Below are positions 36,496 through 47,091 of a DNA stretch of 64,000 nt, piece by piece; position 1 is the first letter of the stretch, and each line of letters begins with the position of its first letter. The notes under the pieces are model-generated. The model did no database searches, was not told where the DNA came from, and worked only from the letters and a program-made list of their open reading frames with translations. The stretch is from assembly GCA_041690295.1 (NCBI GenBank), contig JAWLHR010000001.1, positions 32,001-96,000 on the forward strand, given 5' to 3'. The position numbers and the translations under genes are program-made. The stretch comes from Bdellovibrionales bacterium (GTDB lineage: Bacteria; Bdellovibrionota; Bdellovibrionia; Bdellovibrionales; UBA1609).

Positions 36496-37269
36496 TTAAT
36501 CGTCTTTACGCTCCCTGGGTTTTTGCGGAATTTTCGACTGCAAGGTCTGCCACGTGCGCTCAAGCCGCTCCTCGATCGTGGCATCGATCGTTCCGTAGGC
36601 CGTCTCGATCATGCAGCCCCCCGGTTTTATTTTCTCATCCGTAATGAATTTAATCCGCTCGAAGTTTTCCAGACGGTGCTCGGTCTTGTCCTGAAGAGTT
36701 TCAATGAAGTAAAGATCCTCGGCGGCCAAACGGACGGTGATACGCTCATCCCCTTGCATTTCGCTGACCACGTTGCGCAGGATTTCCGTCACCGCCTCGC
36801 GGTTGACCTCAAGATCCCTCAGCGCGAGCCTTTTGGCCGTCAAGAAAACCAAATTGATCAGTTCGCTTTCGTTATCCACGTGAAGGCGGGATTTCAGAGT
36901 TTCGATTCCCTTGAGGATTTCAGCGAACGCGGCCAAACGCTCGACCAGGTCGCTTTTGGCCTCTTGAAAGGCTTTTTCCGTGCCTTCGATCAAACCCAGG
37001 TCATAGCCGTTTTTATAAGCCTGCTCCTCGACTTCCTTCAGCCGTTCCAAAACCTGGGCGTTCAATTTGTCTTTTTGTTTGTCGCTCTCGAGCTGGGAGA
37101 TTCCCGCCTGTTGCGCGATCAGATCCGACAATTTGAAATCAGAGGGTTTGGGGCCGTCGACGTACTGACGGGCCACCTCGGATATCTCACCGCCGATCTC
37201 CTGCGGCTTGAATTCAAAGGTCTTCTGCGCCGCCACTTCGGCCTTGATGATGGATCTTTCAAATGCCAT
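36496..37269 (-). CDS. fliH: Flagellar assembly protein FliH
   Basis: AYKNGYDLG...GxxxG repeats, GGCMIET; lies between fliG and fliI. Confidence 0.9.
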   Translation of the reverse strand: MAFERSIIKAEVAAQKTFEFKPQEIGGEISEVARQYVDGPKPSDFKLSDLIAQQAGISQLESDKQKDKLNAQVLERLKEVEEQAYKNGYDLGLIEGTEKAFQEAKSDLVERLAAFAEILKGIETLKSRLHVDNESELINLVFLTAKRLALRDLEVNREAVTEILRNVVSEMQGDERITVRLAAEDLYFIETLQDKTEHRLENFERIKFITDEKIKPGGCMIETAYGTIDATIEERLERTWQTLQSKIPQKPRERKDD

Positions 37270-37282
37270 AAACCAACCTCAA

Positions 37283-38326
37283 TTATACGAGCGCGTCTTC
37301 GGAACCGCCGCGGGCGATGAGAATCTTTCCCTCTTGCTCCAGACGTCGCGCCGTATTGACGATTTCCACCTGAGCCGATTCCACGTCCGACAAACGCGCC
37401 GGTCCCATGTTGGACAGGTCCTCCTGGAGAAGTTTCGCCGCCCGCTGCGAGATGTTTTTGAAAATCTTCGCGCGGATCTCCTCGTTCGCGGTCTTGAGAG
37501 CCAACAGAAGCTTGTCGTTCGGGATTTCTTTGAGCAGAGTCTGAATTCCCTTGTCGTCGATTTTGACGATATCTTCGAACACGAACATGAGTTTGCGGAT
37601 TTCCTCGGCGAGGATGGGATCTTTTTCTTCGATCCGCGACATGATCGCGGTTTCCGTGTTTTTGTCCATGACGTTGAGCATTTCGGCCACCGGCTGAACG
37701 CCGCCCAGCGACGCCTGCTCCACGGTGCCGAGAGTGGAGAGTTCCTGCTTCAAAACACGGTCCACCTCACTGATCAGTTCAGGCGCCACGTGTTCAAGAT
37801 TGCTCAGACGTAAAACCACTTCCGCTTGAAGCGACTCGGGTAAGCGCTTCAGCACCTCGCCTTTTTTCTCCGGCTCCAGGTGCGCCAGAATCACGGCGAT
37901 GGTTTGTGGATGCTCATTGATCAGGAAGTTCGACAACGACTTGGCGTCCACCATTTCAAGACTTTCAAGATTGCGGGCCGCGGGAGAAGCCGCGGACAAG
38001 TGACCGAGGATGCCCCGCGCGCGTTCCTCACCAACCGCATCCACGACCGTTTCCTTGGCGGTGGTGGCTTCCGAAAAAATGTATTCGGTCGATTCACTGA
38101 CCATTTCGTAATACTCTTCCAAAACCCGCTTGGTCACTTCCACCGGCACGATCCGGTATTTTTGCATCACGCTGAGGAGCTTGCGGATGTCCCCGTCATC
38201 CACGAATTTGAAAAGCTTCTTGGCGGATTCCGGCCCCAGGTAGTTGATCAGGATGGCGGCCTTCTCAAATCCCCTGAGGTCTTCGTATTTGATGTTATCA
38301 AGTCGTTGTAGGCGAACTCCCGTCAT
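37283..38326 (-). CDS. fliG: Flagellar motor switch protein FliG
   Basis: KAAIL, EHPQTIA, MFVFEDI, NISQRAA. Confidence 0.97.
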   Translation of the reverse strand: MTGVRLQRLDNIKYEDLRGFEKAAILINYLGPESAKKLFKFVDDGDIRKLLSVMQKYRIVPVEVTKRVLEEYYEMVSESTEYIFSEATTAKETVVDAVGEERARGILGHLSAASPAARNLESLEMVDAKSLSNFLINEHPQTIAVILAHLEPEKKGEVLKRLPESLQAEVVLRLSNLEHVAPELISEVDRVLKQELSTLGTVEQASLGGVQPVAEMLNVMDKNTETAIMSRIEEKDPILAEEIRKLMFVFEDIVKIDDKGIQTLLKEIPNDKLLLALKTANEEIRAKIFKNISQRAAKLLQEDLSNMGPARLSDVESAQVEIVNTARRLEQEGKILIARGGSEDALV

Positions 38327-39972
38327 GTATCTCTCCTAGACAGCCATAAGCTGAACGCACCGGCCGCTTTCTCGGTATCCAGCTCCATGAGGTTCATGAT
38401 GCGCTCTTTGAGCAGTTCGCTTTCGGCCTTATCCGGATCCAGCGACTCCTCAAGCACGGGCAAAGCTCCCGTCATGCCAGGCAAAGAGTTGTCCACGGCC
38501 TGCAGCTCTTCCAGCTCCTCGATGGTCTTTGGCAACATGTCTTCGACCGAATCCTGGAAGCTGTCGGTGATCCAACGCATGAACGGCCGCACCACCACGA
38601 AGAAGAACAAGCCCAGGCTCAAACTCAGGATCAACCATTTCGCCAGCGAGTGAAGCAGCTTCTTTCTCTCAAGCGTGGTGAGGATCTGCTCGGCCTCGCT
38701 GAAGTCTTCTTTCTGGAAAGCGATGTTTTCGATGGTCACCACGTCTCCGCGAGAGGCCGAGAAGCCGACCGTGCCTTTCACGATCTGCTCGATCTTGCGC
38801 ATTTCAGCGGGGTCCCGGGGGGACCATTGTTCAACGGTGTTGCCGTTTTCATCCACCGTGGTTTTCACCACACCGTCAACCAGGACGGCGACCGACAATC
38901 TTTCAATGGAGCCCGCACCTTCACGAATGTTGCGAACGGTTTTGGGAACCTCGAAATTGGATGTCTTAAGTTCTTTACGCACGTTCTGACGGAAGCCGAC
39001 GGATCCCGTGTCCTCGGCGCCCGGCAGGTTCGCGCGCGTTCCCGGAATTCCCGTGGGGTTCGTGCGCGCGCCGTCCAACAATTCCTCTTCGGTCTGCTGC
39101 GACTTCAGCGCGGTGGCGTCGGGATTCACTTCTTCTTCGGTCATGACACTAGAGCGGGGATTCAGCGAAGCATCGACTTTGGCGATCACCTTGCCGGTAC
39201 CCACTACTTTGCCGATTACGTCCTCGATCCGCTGCTCGAGCATTTGCTGAACTTTGGATTTCATTTCAAGCAGCTCGGCGCTCATGGCGCTGTCGCCGGA
39301 TGAATTCTTGGACAAGACTTTTCCGCGCGAATCCACCACGGTCACGCGCTCGGGTTCGAGATTTTCAACCGCGCTCGCGACCAAGTACGTAATGCCGCGG
39401 ACTTGATCGGCGGAAAGAGTTTTTCCCGGATGAAGCTCAACCACCACCGAAGCCGTGGGTTGTCCGCCTTCTTCGAGAAAAGTTTTCTTGGCCGGAAGAG
39501 CCAGAATGACTTTGGATTGTTTCACCGCGCTTAAGGTGTTCACCGCGCGCATGAGTTCGCCCTGAAGGGCGCGCTGGTAATTGATTTTTTGCGCGTAAGA
39601 GGTGGTGCCGAAGTCCTGCTTATCGAAGAGCTCCAGACCGATTTGTCCCACCTTGGCTCCACCGAGTTCCGTCATGATCGCCATCTGCGTGGAGTGAAGG
39701 AGCTCTTTGGAAACCAGAATCGTGCTGCCGTTGTCCGCCAGCTTGAACGGAACGCCCCGTTTTTGCAATTGCTCCACCACTTGCGGGAGCTGGTCAGGCG
39801 AAACGTTGGAGAAAAGAACCACATGGTTGGTTCCCGCCAACAACGCGACGACGATCGCCACTCCCACCACCGCGATGACCGTGGCGGCGGTGATCGAAAG
39901 ACGTTTAACCGGCGTGAGGTTTTTATAGAAATGCCGGAACTGCGCGATTAAGTGGGATAAAAGTTGATTCAT
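38323..39972 (-). CDS. fliF: Flagellar M-ring protein FliF
   Basis: Two TMs, GLELFD, YQRALQGEL, PTASV, RLSVAVLVDG. Confidence 0.96.
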   Translation of the reverse strand: MNQLLSHLIAQFRHFYKNLTPVKRLSITAATVIAVVGVAIVVALLAGTNHVVLFSNVSPDQLPQVVEQLQKRGVPFKLADNGSTILVSKELLHSTQMAIMTELGGAKVGQIGLELFDKQDFGTTSYAQKINYQRALQGELMRAVNTLSAVKQSKVILALPAKKTFLEEGGQPTASVVVELHPGKTLSADQVRGITYLVASAVENLEPERVTVVDSRGKVLSKNSSGDSAMSAELLEMKSKVQQMLEQRIEDVIGKVVGTGKVIAKVDASLNPRSSVMTEEEVNPDATALKSQQTEEELLDGARTNPTGIPGTRANLPGAEDTGSVGFRQNVRKELKTSNFEVPKTVRNIREGAGSIERLSVAVLVDGVVKTTVDENGNTVEQWSPRDPAEMRKIEQIVKGTVGFSASRGDVVTIENIAFQKEDFSEAEQILTTLERKKLLHSLAKWLILSLSLGLFFFVVVRPFMRWITDSFQDSVEDMLPKTIEELEELQAVDNSLPGMTGALPVLEESLDPDKAESELLKERIMNLMELDTEKAAGAFSLWLSRRDT

Positions 39973-39978
39973 CGCCGA

Positions 39979-40326
39979 TTACACCTGCATCTTCATGATT
40001 TCCTGATAGGCCTCGATAATCTTGTTGCGAACCTGGACCATTAATTTCAAAGAAATGTCCGCCTTTTCAGCGGTGATCATCACGTCGGCGATGTCCTTGG
40101 CTTTTCCCGTGGCCAGTTGCTGAGCCTTGAGATCCGCCTCTTTCTGAGCCTGGTTGACGTTTTGAATCGCGGCCTTAAGGGTATCCGCGAAAGAAGTAGG
40201 GCCGCCGCCTTTAACCTCTGCCGAGGGATTGGAAATCGCCTGACTCGAATCGCGAATTTCCCTAAGCGTTTGCCCGCGCTCCAGCAGGGCGTCCGCATTT
40301 GATATGGTCAAACCGTCCATGGTCAT
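39979..40326 (-). CDS. fliE: Flagellar hook-basal body protein FliE
   Basis: SFADTLK...VMITAEKA...VQVRNKIIEAYQEIMKMQV. Confidence 0.96.
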   Translation of the reverse strand: MTMDGLTISNADALLERGQTLREIRDSSQAISNPSAEVKGGGPTSFADTLKAAIQNVNQAQKEADLKAQQLATGKAKDIADVMITAEKADISLKLMVQVRNKIIEAYQEIMKMQV

Positions 40327-40378
40327 CCCCTATAGCAAAAGTTTAGCAGATCCTTTTTTCCCGTCCCAGAGGAAAAAT

Positions 40379-40816
40379 CTATCTACCGATATCCAACGCA
40401 CTTAAGGCCATATCCTTCGCGGTTTGAATCGCCGAGACATTGGCCTCGTAACTCCGGCTCGCCTGTATCATGTTGGCCATTTCTTCCATGAGATTTATTT
40501 TGGGATAGGCCACATAACCCTCTTCGTTCGCGTCCGGATGGTCCGGTTCATAGCGCAGATCCACCGCCTTCTGATCCACGTGAACATCCGTGACCTGGAC
40601 CCTCTGCAAATTATCATTGGGTGGCATCGTCACCAGCTCGCCGAAATTTCGGGCGTCGGGCATGGCCTCGAAGACCACGTCCTTGCGGCGATAGGGCCCG
40701 CCTTCAGGCGTGCGGGTGGTGTTGATATTGGCGATATTGCTGGAAATCGTGTTCATGCGCATGCGTTGCGCGGAAAGCCCGGAGGCTGAAATTCTAAGTC
40801 CGGTCGAAAAATCCAT
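40379..40816 (-). CDS. flgC: Flagellar basal-body rod protein FlgC
   Basis: SGLSAQRMRM...NIAN...GPYRRK...YEPDHPDA...SRSYEAN. Confidence 0.97.
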   Translation of the reverse strand: MDFSTGLRISASGLSAQRMRMNTISSNIANINTTRTPEGGPYRRKDVVFEAMPDARNFGELVTMPPNDNLQRVQVTDVHVDQKAVDLRYEPDHPDANEEGYVAYPKINLMEEMANMIQASRSYEANVSAIQTAKDMALSALDIGR

Positions 40817-41232
40817 TAACGACCTCCTTCGGTGGCGGCGTAGCGAATGGCCGCGAGTTTTTTGTTGATCAATTGCAGGGCCGCTTTATAGAGAATTGAG
40901 TTTTCCTGCAGGGTCGCGATTTCTCTTTCCATGTCGACGGTGTTCTGGTCGTTGGTCACGTTCACTTCGGGATTGTCATAGACATCCGCGCGGGCGCGGG
41001 AAAGCGCGCCGGGCCCGATGGCGAAGTGGTCCCCGTCGCTGGTGGTTTGCGCGGTGGCGCCTTCAAGGTCGATCGCACGGGCCAAGGCGTCTTCAAAATC
41101 GACCACTTTCGCTTTATAGCCCGGTGTTTCGGCATTGGCGATATTGCTGGTCGTGACGTTATGACGTAGCGAGCGGAACTTGAGCGACGCCGCCAAAGCG
41201 TCCGTCGTTCGATCAAAGATCGTCTTGGACAT
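40816..41232 (-). CDS. flgB: Flagellar basal-body rod protein FlgB
   Basis: SNIANAETPGYKA...NTVDMERE. Confidence 0.96.
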   Translation of the reverse strand: MSKTIFDRTTDALAASLKFRSLRHNVTTSNIANAETPGYKAKVVDFEDALARAIDLEGATAQTTSDGDHFAIGPGALSRARADVYDNPEVNVTNDQNTVDMEREIATLQENSILYKAALQLINKKLAAIRYAATEGGR

Positions 41233-42151
41233 GATTCAATCCCTTATACTCGTTAAGTTTGTTTCTTAATGTGCGGATGCTGATTCCCAGCATTTCCGCG
41301 GCCCGCGTGCGGTTCTGGCGCGTGAACTCAAGGGTTTTCATGATTAAAAGACGTTCGGCCTCGTTCACCGTCATACCGGGAGCCAGAGTTTTCTCCGCCA
41401 CCGGGGTCAGGTCGTTGATGAGAATCTGCTCGGGCCCGATTGAATCTGCTGTGGCCAGCAATACGCTTCGCTCCATCACATTCCGCAGTTCGCGGATGTT
41501 TCCCGGCCAGTGATACTTTTTCAGTTTTTGAACGGCCTCGTCGGTCAGCTTCCGAAGCGCGATTCCGTTTTCCGCGCAGGAAGTATCAACGAAGTGACGG
41601 GCCAGATTCTCAATATCCGCGGGGCGCGAGCGCAGCGGCGGTATCACCAGGGGAATCACGTTCAGGCGGTAATAAAGATCCTCGCGGAAGCGACCCTCTT
41701 TCACCATTTCATCGAGGCTTCGGTTGGTGGTGGCGACAATCCTGACGTTGACTTGTACGGGATTCTGACCGCCCAACCGCTCAACCTCACCCTCTTGTAG
41801 GACACGGAGCAGTTTCGCCTGTAGCGGTAATGGGAGTTCGCTGATTTCGTCCAATAAGAAGGTGCTTTCATGGGCCTGTTCGAATTTACCCGGCTTTTTT
41901 TGGTCCGCGCCGGTGAACGCGCCCCGCTCGTATCCGAAAAGTTCGCTTTCAAGTAATCCTTCGGGAACGGCGGCGCAATTGAGCGCGACCAAGCGGCGGT
42001 GGGCTCTGGAGCTTCGCGCGTGAATATAGCGGGCGAGAAGCTCCTTCCCCGTGCCGCTTTCACCGGTGATCAACACGGTCGCCCGGCTGGTGGCGACGCT
42101 TTCCGCGATTTCATAAACCCGTTTCATTTTATTATCGAGACTGCGGATCAC
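41213..42151 (-). CDS. Sigma54 enhancer-binding protein lacking an N-terminal regulatory domain
   Basis: AAA+ (GESGTGKE, GAFTGA, LDEISE, WPGNIREL) begins about 25 aa from the GTG start; C-terminal HTH. Confidence 0.92.
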   Translation of the reverse strand: MIRSLDNKMKRVYEIAESVATSRATVLITGESGTGKELLARYIHARSSRAHRRLVALNCAAVPEGLLESELFGYERGAFTGADQKKPGKFEQAHESTFLLDEISELPLPLQAKLLRVLQEGEVERLGGQNPVQVNVRIVATTNRSLDEMVKEGRFREDLYYRLNVIPLVIPPLRSRPADIENLARHFVDTSCAENGIALRKLTDEAVQKLKKYHWPGNIRELRNVMERSVLLATADSIGPEQILINDLTPVAEKTLAPGMTVNEAERLLIMKTLEFTRQNRTRAAEMLGISIRTLRNKLNEYKGLNHVQDDL

Positions 42152-44904
42152 TTTGACTCCTTCGGCTTGGAATTGGCCATGGCCGGAATACGATTGATGT
42201 ACTTTTTGTAATCACCTTCCCAATCCGATTGTTCGAGCTTTTCGCGCCCGACCTTCCAAAGAAATTCATTGGGGCCGCCTTCGAGACGGCGCCAGACGTC
42301 GCCCGCGCCTTTGAGGTCGCCCCGATCAAAAAGAATTTGTCCAACCTTGTAGCGGACACTTGCGATCGGCATTTTTTGTTCGAAGCGCTCAAGCAGAGTC
42401 TGGTAGGCCTCGACCGCCGCCATGCTCTTCTTTTGCGCCAAAAGCGCGTCCCCTTTGACCTGAAGGGCGGCGGCCACCACTTTGTCCGCCACCGGCGTCT
42501 CACCGCCTTCGGCCTTCAACACTTTTTCCGCGAACTCCTCGGCTTTTTTGGGATCATTGGAGCGCATATAAGTTTGCGCGAGTTGTAAATGAACCGGCGC
42601 CAGGAGAGCCGGATCACCTTGCCATCGTTTCGCGAGTTCCAATAGGGCTTCCCGAGCCCGCGCGGGTTCATTTTTCTGTTCCGCGATGAGCGCGCTCAGT
42701 CGGACCCGCTCGATGTTCTCCTCGGGCGAAAGCTCCTTACCGTCACCCACTTCTTTGAGGTGCTGGAAGGCGTCCATGTATTTTCGTTCTTCAGCCAGCA
42801 CGGCGGCCAACCGCAGATTGATGCTTGAAATCGAGGGCAAATGCTCCTGCACCTTCTTTTCTTTTTCCGTATCCGTACCTTTGATCCGGATCCGCTGGTT
42901 CAGAGCGCCACGATAGATCTTTTCAGCTTCGTCGAACGCGCCCGCTTTTTCATAGGCGCCGGCCACGAAGTACGGCACATCGATCCGATCCGAATTTTTC
43001 AACCAAGTCGAGGAATATTGGGAGTGGAAGGTGAGAGCCCGCATGAACTCGCCGCTCTCCACCTCGGTCTTCAGTTGGTTGGCGATATTGCGCAAAATCC
43101 TCGATTTGAACTGCTCAAGATTCACCGAGCTGGGATTCTTTTGATAATGAGTGATCAATCCGGCCAGCGCGTCTTTGTATTGGCCCCGATGGGTGAGCCC
43201 TTCAGCCGTCATCAGCGTGGTGAACTCTTCAATGCCCTTCAAATTCAGGTTTTTTGCCGTTTGATTGATTTCCTCCAACGCTTTTTTAAGCTCGTTGGTT
43301 TTCATGGATTTCATCTGTTGGCTCAGCATCCGGATACGTGCCACTTTCGCCCCCGGATGATCGGGAAACCGGAAATAGCTCTCAAGAAACGCGCCCATGA
43401 CCCGGCGTTGATCCGCGCCCAAGATGCCCAGCAATTCCCCGACTCGGGTTAAGGCATAGCCTCCATGCGAATGCGTGGGGAAAAGATTGATGAAATCCAC
43501 GTAATCATTCAGCGCCGCCTTGAAGTCCTTTTGCCAAAAGCGCGCTTCGGCCATGTTAAAGTGCGCGTTGGGATAAATCTTCTCGTAAGCCGGAAGATCC
43601 TTGATCGCCTGCTCGTAGGTTTGAATCGCCTTGGCGTAATCACCACGGGCGAACTCCACATCACCCAAACGATAGCGGGCTTCCTTGGCATGGTCGGTGC
43701 GCGGAAAGTCTTTTATAATGGTTTGCAATTCCGCCGCCGCTTCATCGTATTTGCGCAAAGTCATATAGGACTCGCTCAACGCTTTTCGTACGTTGGGAAT
43801 TTCCGGCGATTGTGGATAAGCCTTCATAAAACCCTGGAGAGTTTGCAAGGTGGCGAGAGCTTCACCCCGCTCCATTTGCGCGAAACCCAATGTCAGATAG
43901 TTTTGCTCGCGAATCGGGCTGTCTGGATACTTTTGAACGAGTTCCGAGTAAAGTTTGCGGGCGATTTCAAAGTCCGACGATTTCTGGGATGAGCGCCAGC
44001 GCTGCAAATACACATGAGCCGCGATGTTCTTAAGAATGTCGGCGTACTTGGAATCCGGATATTTGTGCATGAAGTAATCGTAGGTTTTGGCGAAAACTCC
44101 GAAGCGGCCGCGATTATAAAGCGTCAACAGCAGTCGCGCTTCCTTGTTTTCCTTTGTTCCCGTCGGCTTGATCACATATTCCGGTTGCAGCTCCATCAAG
44201 TGATCCAGCCGGGAGACATTCATTTTCAGCATGGGAAAAGGCAAATAGATGTTATTTCTGGAACCGATTATGGACTCTTCCCGGATTTCGTAATCCTTGA
44301 TACGGAAGCGGTCATAGTTTTCATCACTGCCATCGAATATCCCGAAATAGAGCGATACGTTCCTCGGTTTCTGACTGGATGGCTCCACCGATAAGAATTC
44401 ATCTCCCGCGGGAGCCCGGCTCGGTTTCGGTGTGAGAGTGTACCCGTCACCTTTGGCTCCAGCGGCTGTTTTACCGGCCTTGGCTGGCTGGCGTTTCACA
44501 GGTTTGGCCGGCGCGGCGGTTTTTTCCGAACGGACTTCCGCCTTTCGGTAAAAATCGATGATTAAACGGGATGGTTCATCCGTTTGATAATCGAAGGATT
44601 CAATATCCGAGCGGGAAAGTTTGAATGTGACGATGTTCTTGCCGTCGGGACCGTTCTTCTTGATTTCAATATTTTCAACAAAGGGATCACTGAATGACTG
44701 CAAACGCGCGAGACTCGCGTCATCCATCGGCGGAATGGTCAATATCACCTTCGTGCCGCCTTCACGCTTGAGGTCGTAATCCCAGTTTTTCAGACCGCGG
44801 AACTCGACGTGAGCCGTGTCGGCCTTTCGCGACACTTCGGCCTGCACCAAAGGCTTGGAATATTGCGCGAATGCCAAGTTGACGAAAAGTATGAGTGAGA
44901 CCAT
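42148..44904 (-). CDS. Large secreted TPR-repeat protein
   Basis: Short signal peptide ending AFA; many TPR-like units (YPDS, FPRT, ARYRLG). Confidence 0.85.
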   Translation of the reverse strand: MVSLILFVNLAFAQYSKPLVQAEVSRKADTAHVEFRGLKNWDYDLKREGGTKVILTIPPMDDASLARLQSFSDPFVENIEIKKNGPDGKNIVTFKLSRSDIESFDYQTDEPSRLIIDFYRKAEVRSEKTAAPAKPVKRQPAKAGKTAAGAKGDGYTLTPKPSRAPAGDEFLSVEPSSQKPRNVSLYFGIFDGSDENYDRFRIKDYEIREESIIGSRNNIYLPFPMLKMNVSRLDHLMELQPEYVIKPTGTKENKEARLLLTLYNRGRFGVFAKTYDYFMHKYPDSKYADILKNIAAHVYLQRWRSSQKSSDFEIARKLYSELVQKYPDSPIREQNYLTLGFAQMERGEALATLQTLQGFMKAYPQSPEIPNVRKALSESYMTLRKYDEAAAELQTIIKDFPRTDHAKEARYRLGDVEFARGDYAKAIQTYEQAIKDLPAYEKIYPNAHFNMAEARFWQKDFKAALNDYVDFINLFPTHSHGGYALTRVGELLGILGADQRRVMGAFLESYFRFPDHPGAKVARIRMLSQQMKSMKTNELKKALEEINQTAKNLNLKGIEEFTTLMTAEGLTHRGQYKDALAGLITHYQKNPSSVNLEQFKSRILRNIANQLKTEVESGEFMRALTFHSQYSSTWLKNSDRIDVPYFVAGAYEKAGAFDEAEKIYRGALNQRIRIKGTDTEKEKKVQEHLPSISSINLRLAAVLAEERKYMDAFQHLKEVGDGKELSPEENIERVRLSALIAEQKNEPARAREALLELAKRWQGDPALLAPVHLQLAQTYMRSNDPKKAEEFAEKVLKAEGGETPVADKVVAAALQVKGDALLAQKKSMAAVEAYQTLLERFEQKMPIASVRYKVGQILFDRGDLKGAGDVWRRLEGGPNEFLWKVGREKLEQSDWEGDYKKYINRIPAMANSKPKESK

Positions 44905-44920
44905 CCCGATCGAGTGAGAA

Positions 44921-44935
44921 GCAGAAACGGTGCCA
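44921..44935 (-). promoter_or_regulatory. Sigma54 -24/-12 promoter heading the TPR-flagellar operon
   Basis: Minus strand TGGCACCGTTTCTGC = TGGCAC with GG-N10-GC. Confidence 0.7.
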
Positions 44936-45098
44936 TATGAGTAAGCGTCGATTTTCCACGCATTTATTCACGTGTCCCCGACCATCGTCGAGAGGGATTT
45001 CGTCAGATTCTCCGAGTGGGGCAGACAATTCAATGACACGACCTTCAAGGGTCTTGTCCAAAATTCCGAAAGGATGTTAAGCCCAAGGGCCTAACCAG

Positions 45099-45599
45099 AT
45101 GCGCACGACAACACGTTTTTTCATCTTTGTTATCAGCTGGATTTTTTTCTTCGGCGGTTGCGTCACCGTGAAGCTCAATACCGGCGGCGGCGAACGAGCC
45201 AACGGCGTCGTGGTTCGTGAACCGAGGAAACCATTCACCTCCGCCGACCGGCCCGAGGTGGACGCGGCCTGGATTAATAAAAATAACGGTAATCTGATTT
45301 CCTATCTCACCGATTGCAATGATCCCAGTGATCCGCCGTTGAATCAAATAGTGGGCGGCGCTCTCAGTGGGCTGGCCGAATTGAAAGTGAACAGCGATGA
45401 GCGGGTCACCGTGCAAGGGCGCGAGGGACGGCGGGTTTACGCCACCGGAAAAGTCGACGGTGTGCTGAGTGAAATTGACCTGCTCGCCTTTAAACGCAAC
45501 CACTGCATTTACATCCTGACCTACCTGGGCGTTCAAAAGTCGTTCAACGAGGACCGCGACGCCTTCAACGCTTTCATATCGGGGTTCCGCGCGCCATGA
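45099..45599 (+). CDS. Hypothetical lipoprotein (PsbP/DUF1795-like fold possible)
   Basis: Lipobox-like FGGC; VTVQGREG...CIYILTY; ATGA overlap with mlaE. Confidence 0.7.
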   Translation: MRTTTRFFIFVISWIFFFGGCVTVKLNTGGGERANGVVVREPRKPFTSADRPEVDAAWINKNNGNLISYLTDCNDPSDPPLNQIVGGALSGLAELKVNSDERVTVQGREGRRVYATGKVDGVLSEIDLLAFKRNHCIYILTYLGVQKSFNEDRDAFNAFISGFRAP

Positions 45600-46363
45600 G
45601 AGCCTCGCATATCGCTTTTTTCAGTCATTTTGGCGGCGCCGCGATTCTGTTGAAACAGGTGGTGAGCGAAATTCGCCGTCCACCGCTGAATTTACGCTTG
45701 ATCGTGGAGCAACTTTATCAAGTTGGCGTGATGTCGTTACCCCTTGTGATCGTCACGGCCGCGAGCACGGGAATGGTGATGGCTTTGCAGTTCGGTCTCG
45801 GTCTGGAAAAATTCGGCGGAAAGCTCTACGTTCCCAAAATCGTTTCGCTGTCCATCGTGCGTGAGATGGGTCCGGTTTTCACCTGCCTGATGCTGGCCGC
45901 GCGAGTTGGCGCCGGCATGGCCTCGGAGATCGGATCGATGGTTGTTACCCAGCAAATCGACGCCATTCGCGCCTTGGGCACCTCACCGATTAAAAAAATC
46001 GTCATTCCCCGGGTGGTGGCTTGCGTGATCGGTATTCCCATCCTCGCCATGGTGGCGAACTTCATCGGCATTTTCGGCGCGCTCCTGGTCTGCGCCAACG
46101 ATCTTGGATTGGATCCGGTGTTCTTCGTGCAAAAGGTGCTCACCACTTTGTGGCTGCCTGATTTCATGTCGGGGTTCATGAAAACTCCGGTGTTCGCGCT
46201 GATTATCGCGGTTATGGCCTGCTATTTCGGACTCACCGTCAAAGGCGGAACGCGTGGCGTGGGCAATGCCACCACCGTCTCGGTTGTGACTTCATCGATC
46301 TGCGTGCTTGTGGGCGATTACTTTTTAACCAAATTCTACTGGATGTTCGAACAATGGATGTGA
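45596..46363 (+). CDS. mlaE: MlaE-family ABC permease
   Basis: VREMGPV...AARVGAGMASEIGSMVVTQQIDAIRALG...GVGNATT. Confidence 0.93.
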   Translation: MRASHIAFFSHFGGAAILLKQVVSEIRRPPLNLRLIVEQLYQVGVMSLPLVIVTAASTGMVMALQFGLGLEKFGGKLYVPKIVSLSIVREMGPVFTCLMLAARVGAGMASEIGSMVVTQQIDAIRALGTSPIKKIVIPRVVACVIGIPILAMVANFIGIFGALLVCANDLGLDPVFFVQKVLTTLWLPDFMSGFMKTPVFALIIAVMACYFGLTVKGGTRGVGNATTVSVVTSSICVLVGDYFLTKFYWMFEQWM

Positions 46364-47091
46364 TCGAGGTTAAAAATTTCGCCAAAAGCTATAACGGTCG
46401 CGCCGTTCACAAGGACGTCTCGTTCATCGTCAAAAAGGGCGAGTGCCTTGGCCTTGTCGGCGGATCGGGTATAGGGAAATCAGTGATTCTTCGCAGTCTG
46501 ATCGGACTGGAACGCGCGGATCAGGGTGAAATATGGATTGAGGGCCAGGAGATTTCCCGCTGGAAAGAACGGGACCTGATTCCGATCCGCAAAAAGGTGG
46601 CTTACGTTTTTCAAAACGGCGCTCTTTTTGACTCCATGACCGTCTTTGACAATCTGGCCTACCCGCTTCGTGAACATACCGATTTCGATGAAGATGAAAT
46701 CGCCCGCCGCGTTCGCGATCAACTCGAGGAGTTCGGTCTGGATGCCGCCATCGACAAACTCCCCGCTGAACTCTCGGGCGGGATGCAAAAACGCCTGGGA
46801 CTCGCGCGCGCCATGATGATTGGCCCGAAGGTCATTTTATATGATGAGCCAACGGCTGGCCTCGATCCTTACAACACTTTGAAGATCCGCGAAATGGTGC
46901 TCGCATTAAAGAAAAAAGGCGTGACTTCGGTGTTCGTGACCCATGATATGCCGACGGCGATCGCCGTTTGCGACCGGTTCTGTCTTTTGGGCGACGGCCG
47001 GGTGGTTGATGAATGTTCCGTGGACGAACTTCAGGAGAACAGCGACACACCGCTGGCGCGTTTCATTCAAGGCGCGGGTAACGGAGGATAG
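46354..47091 (+). CDS. mlaF: MlaF-family ABC ATPase
   Basis: GGSGIGKS, FQNGALFDS, LSGGMQKR, YDEPTAGLDP. Confidence 0.93.
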   Translation: MDVIEVKNFAKSYNGRAVHKDVSFIVKKGECLGLVGGSGIGKSVILRSLIGLERADQGEIWIEGQEISRWKERDLIPIRKKVAYVFQNGALFDSMTVFDNLAYPLREHTDFDEDEIARRVRDQLEEFGLDAAIDKLPAELSGGMQKRLGLARAMMIGPKVILYDEPTAGLDPYNTLKIREMVLALKKKGVTSVFVTHDMPTAIAVCDRFCLLGDGRVVDECSVDELQENSDTPLARFIQGAGNGG

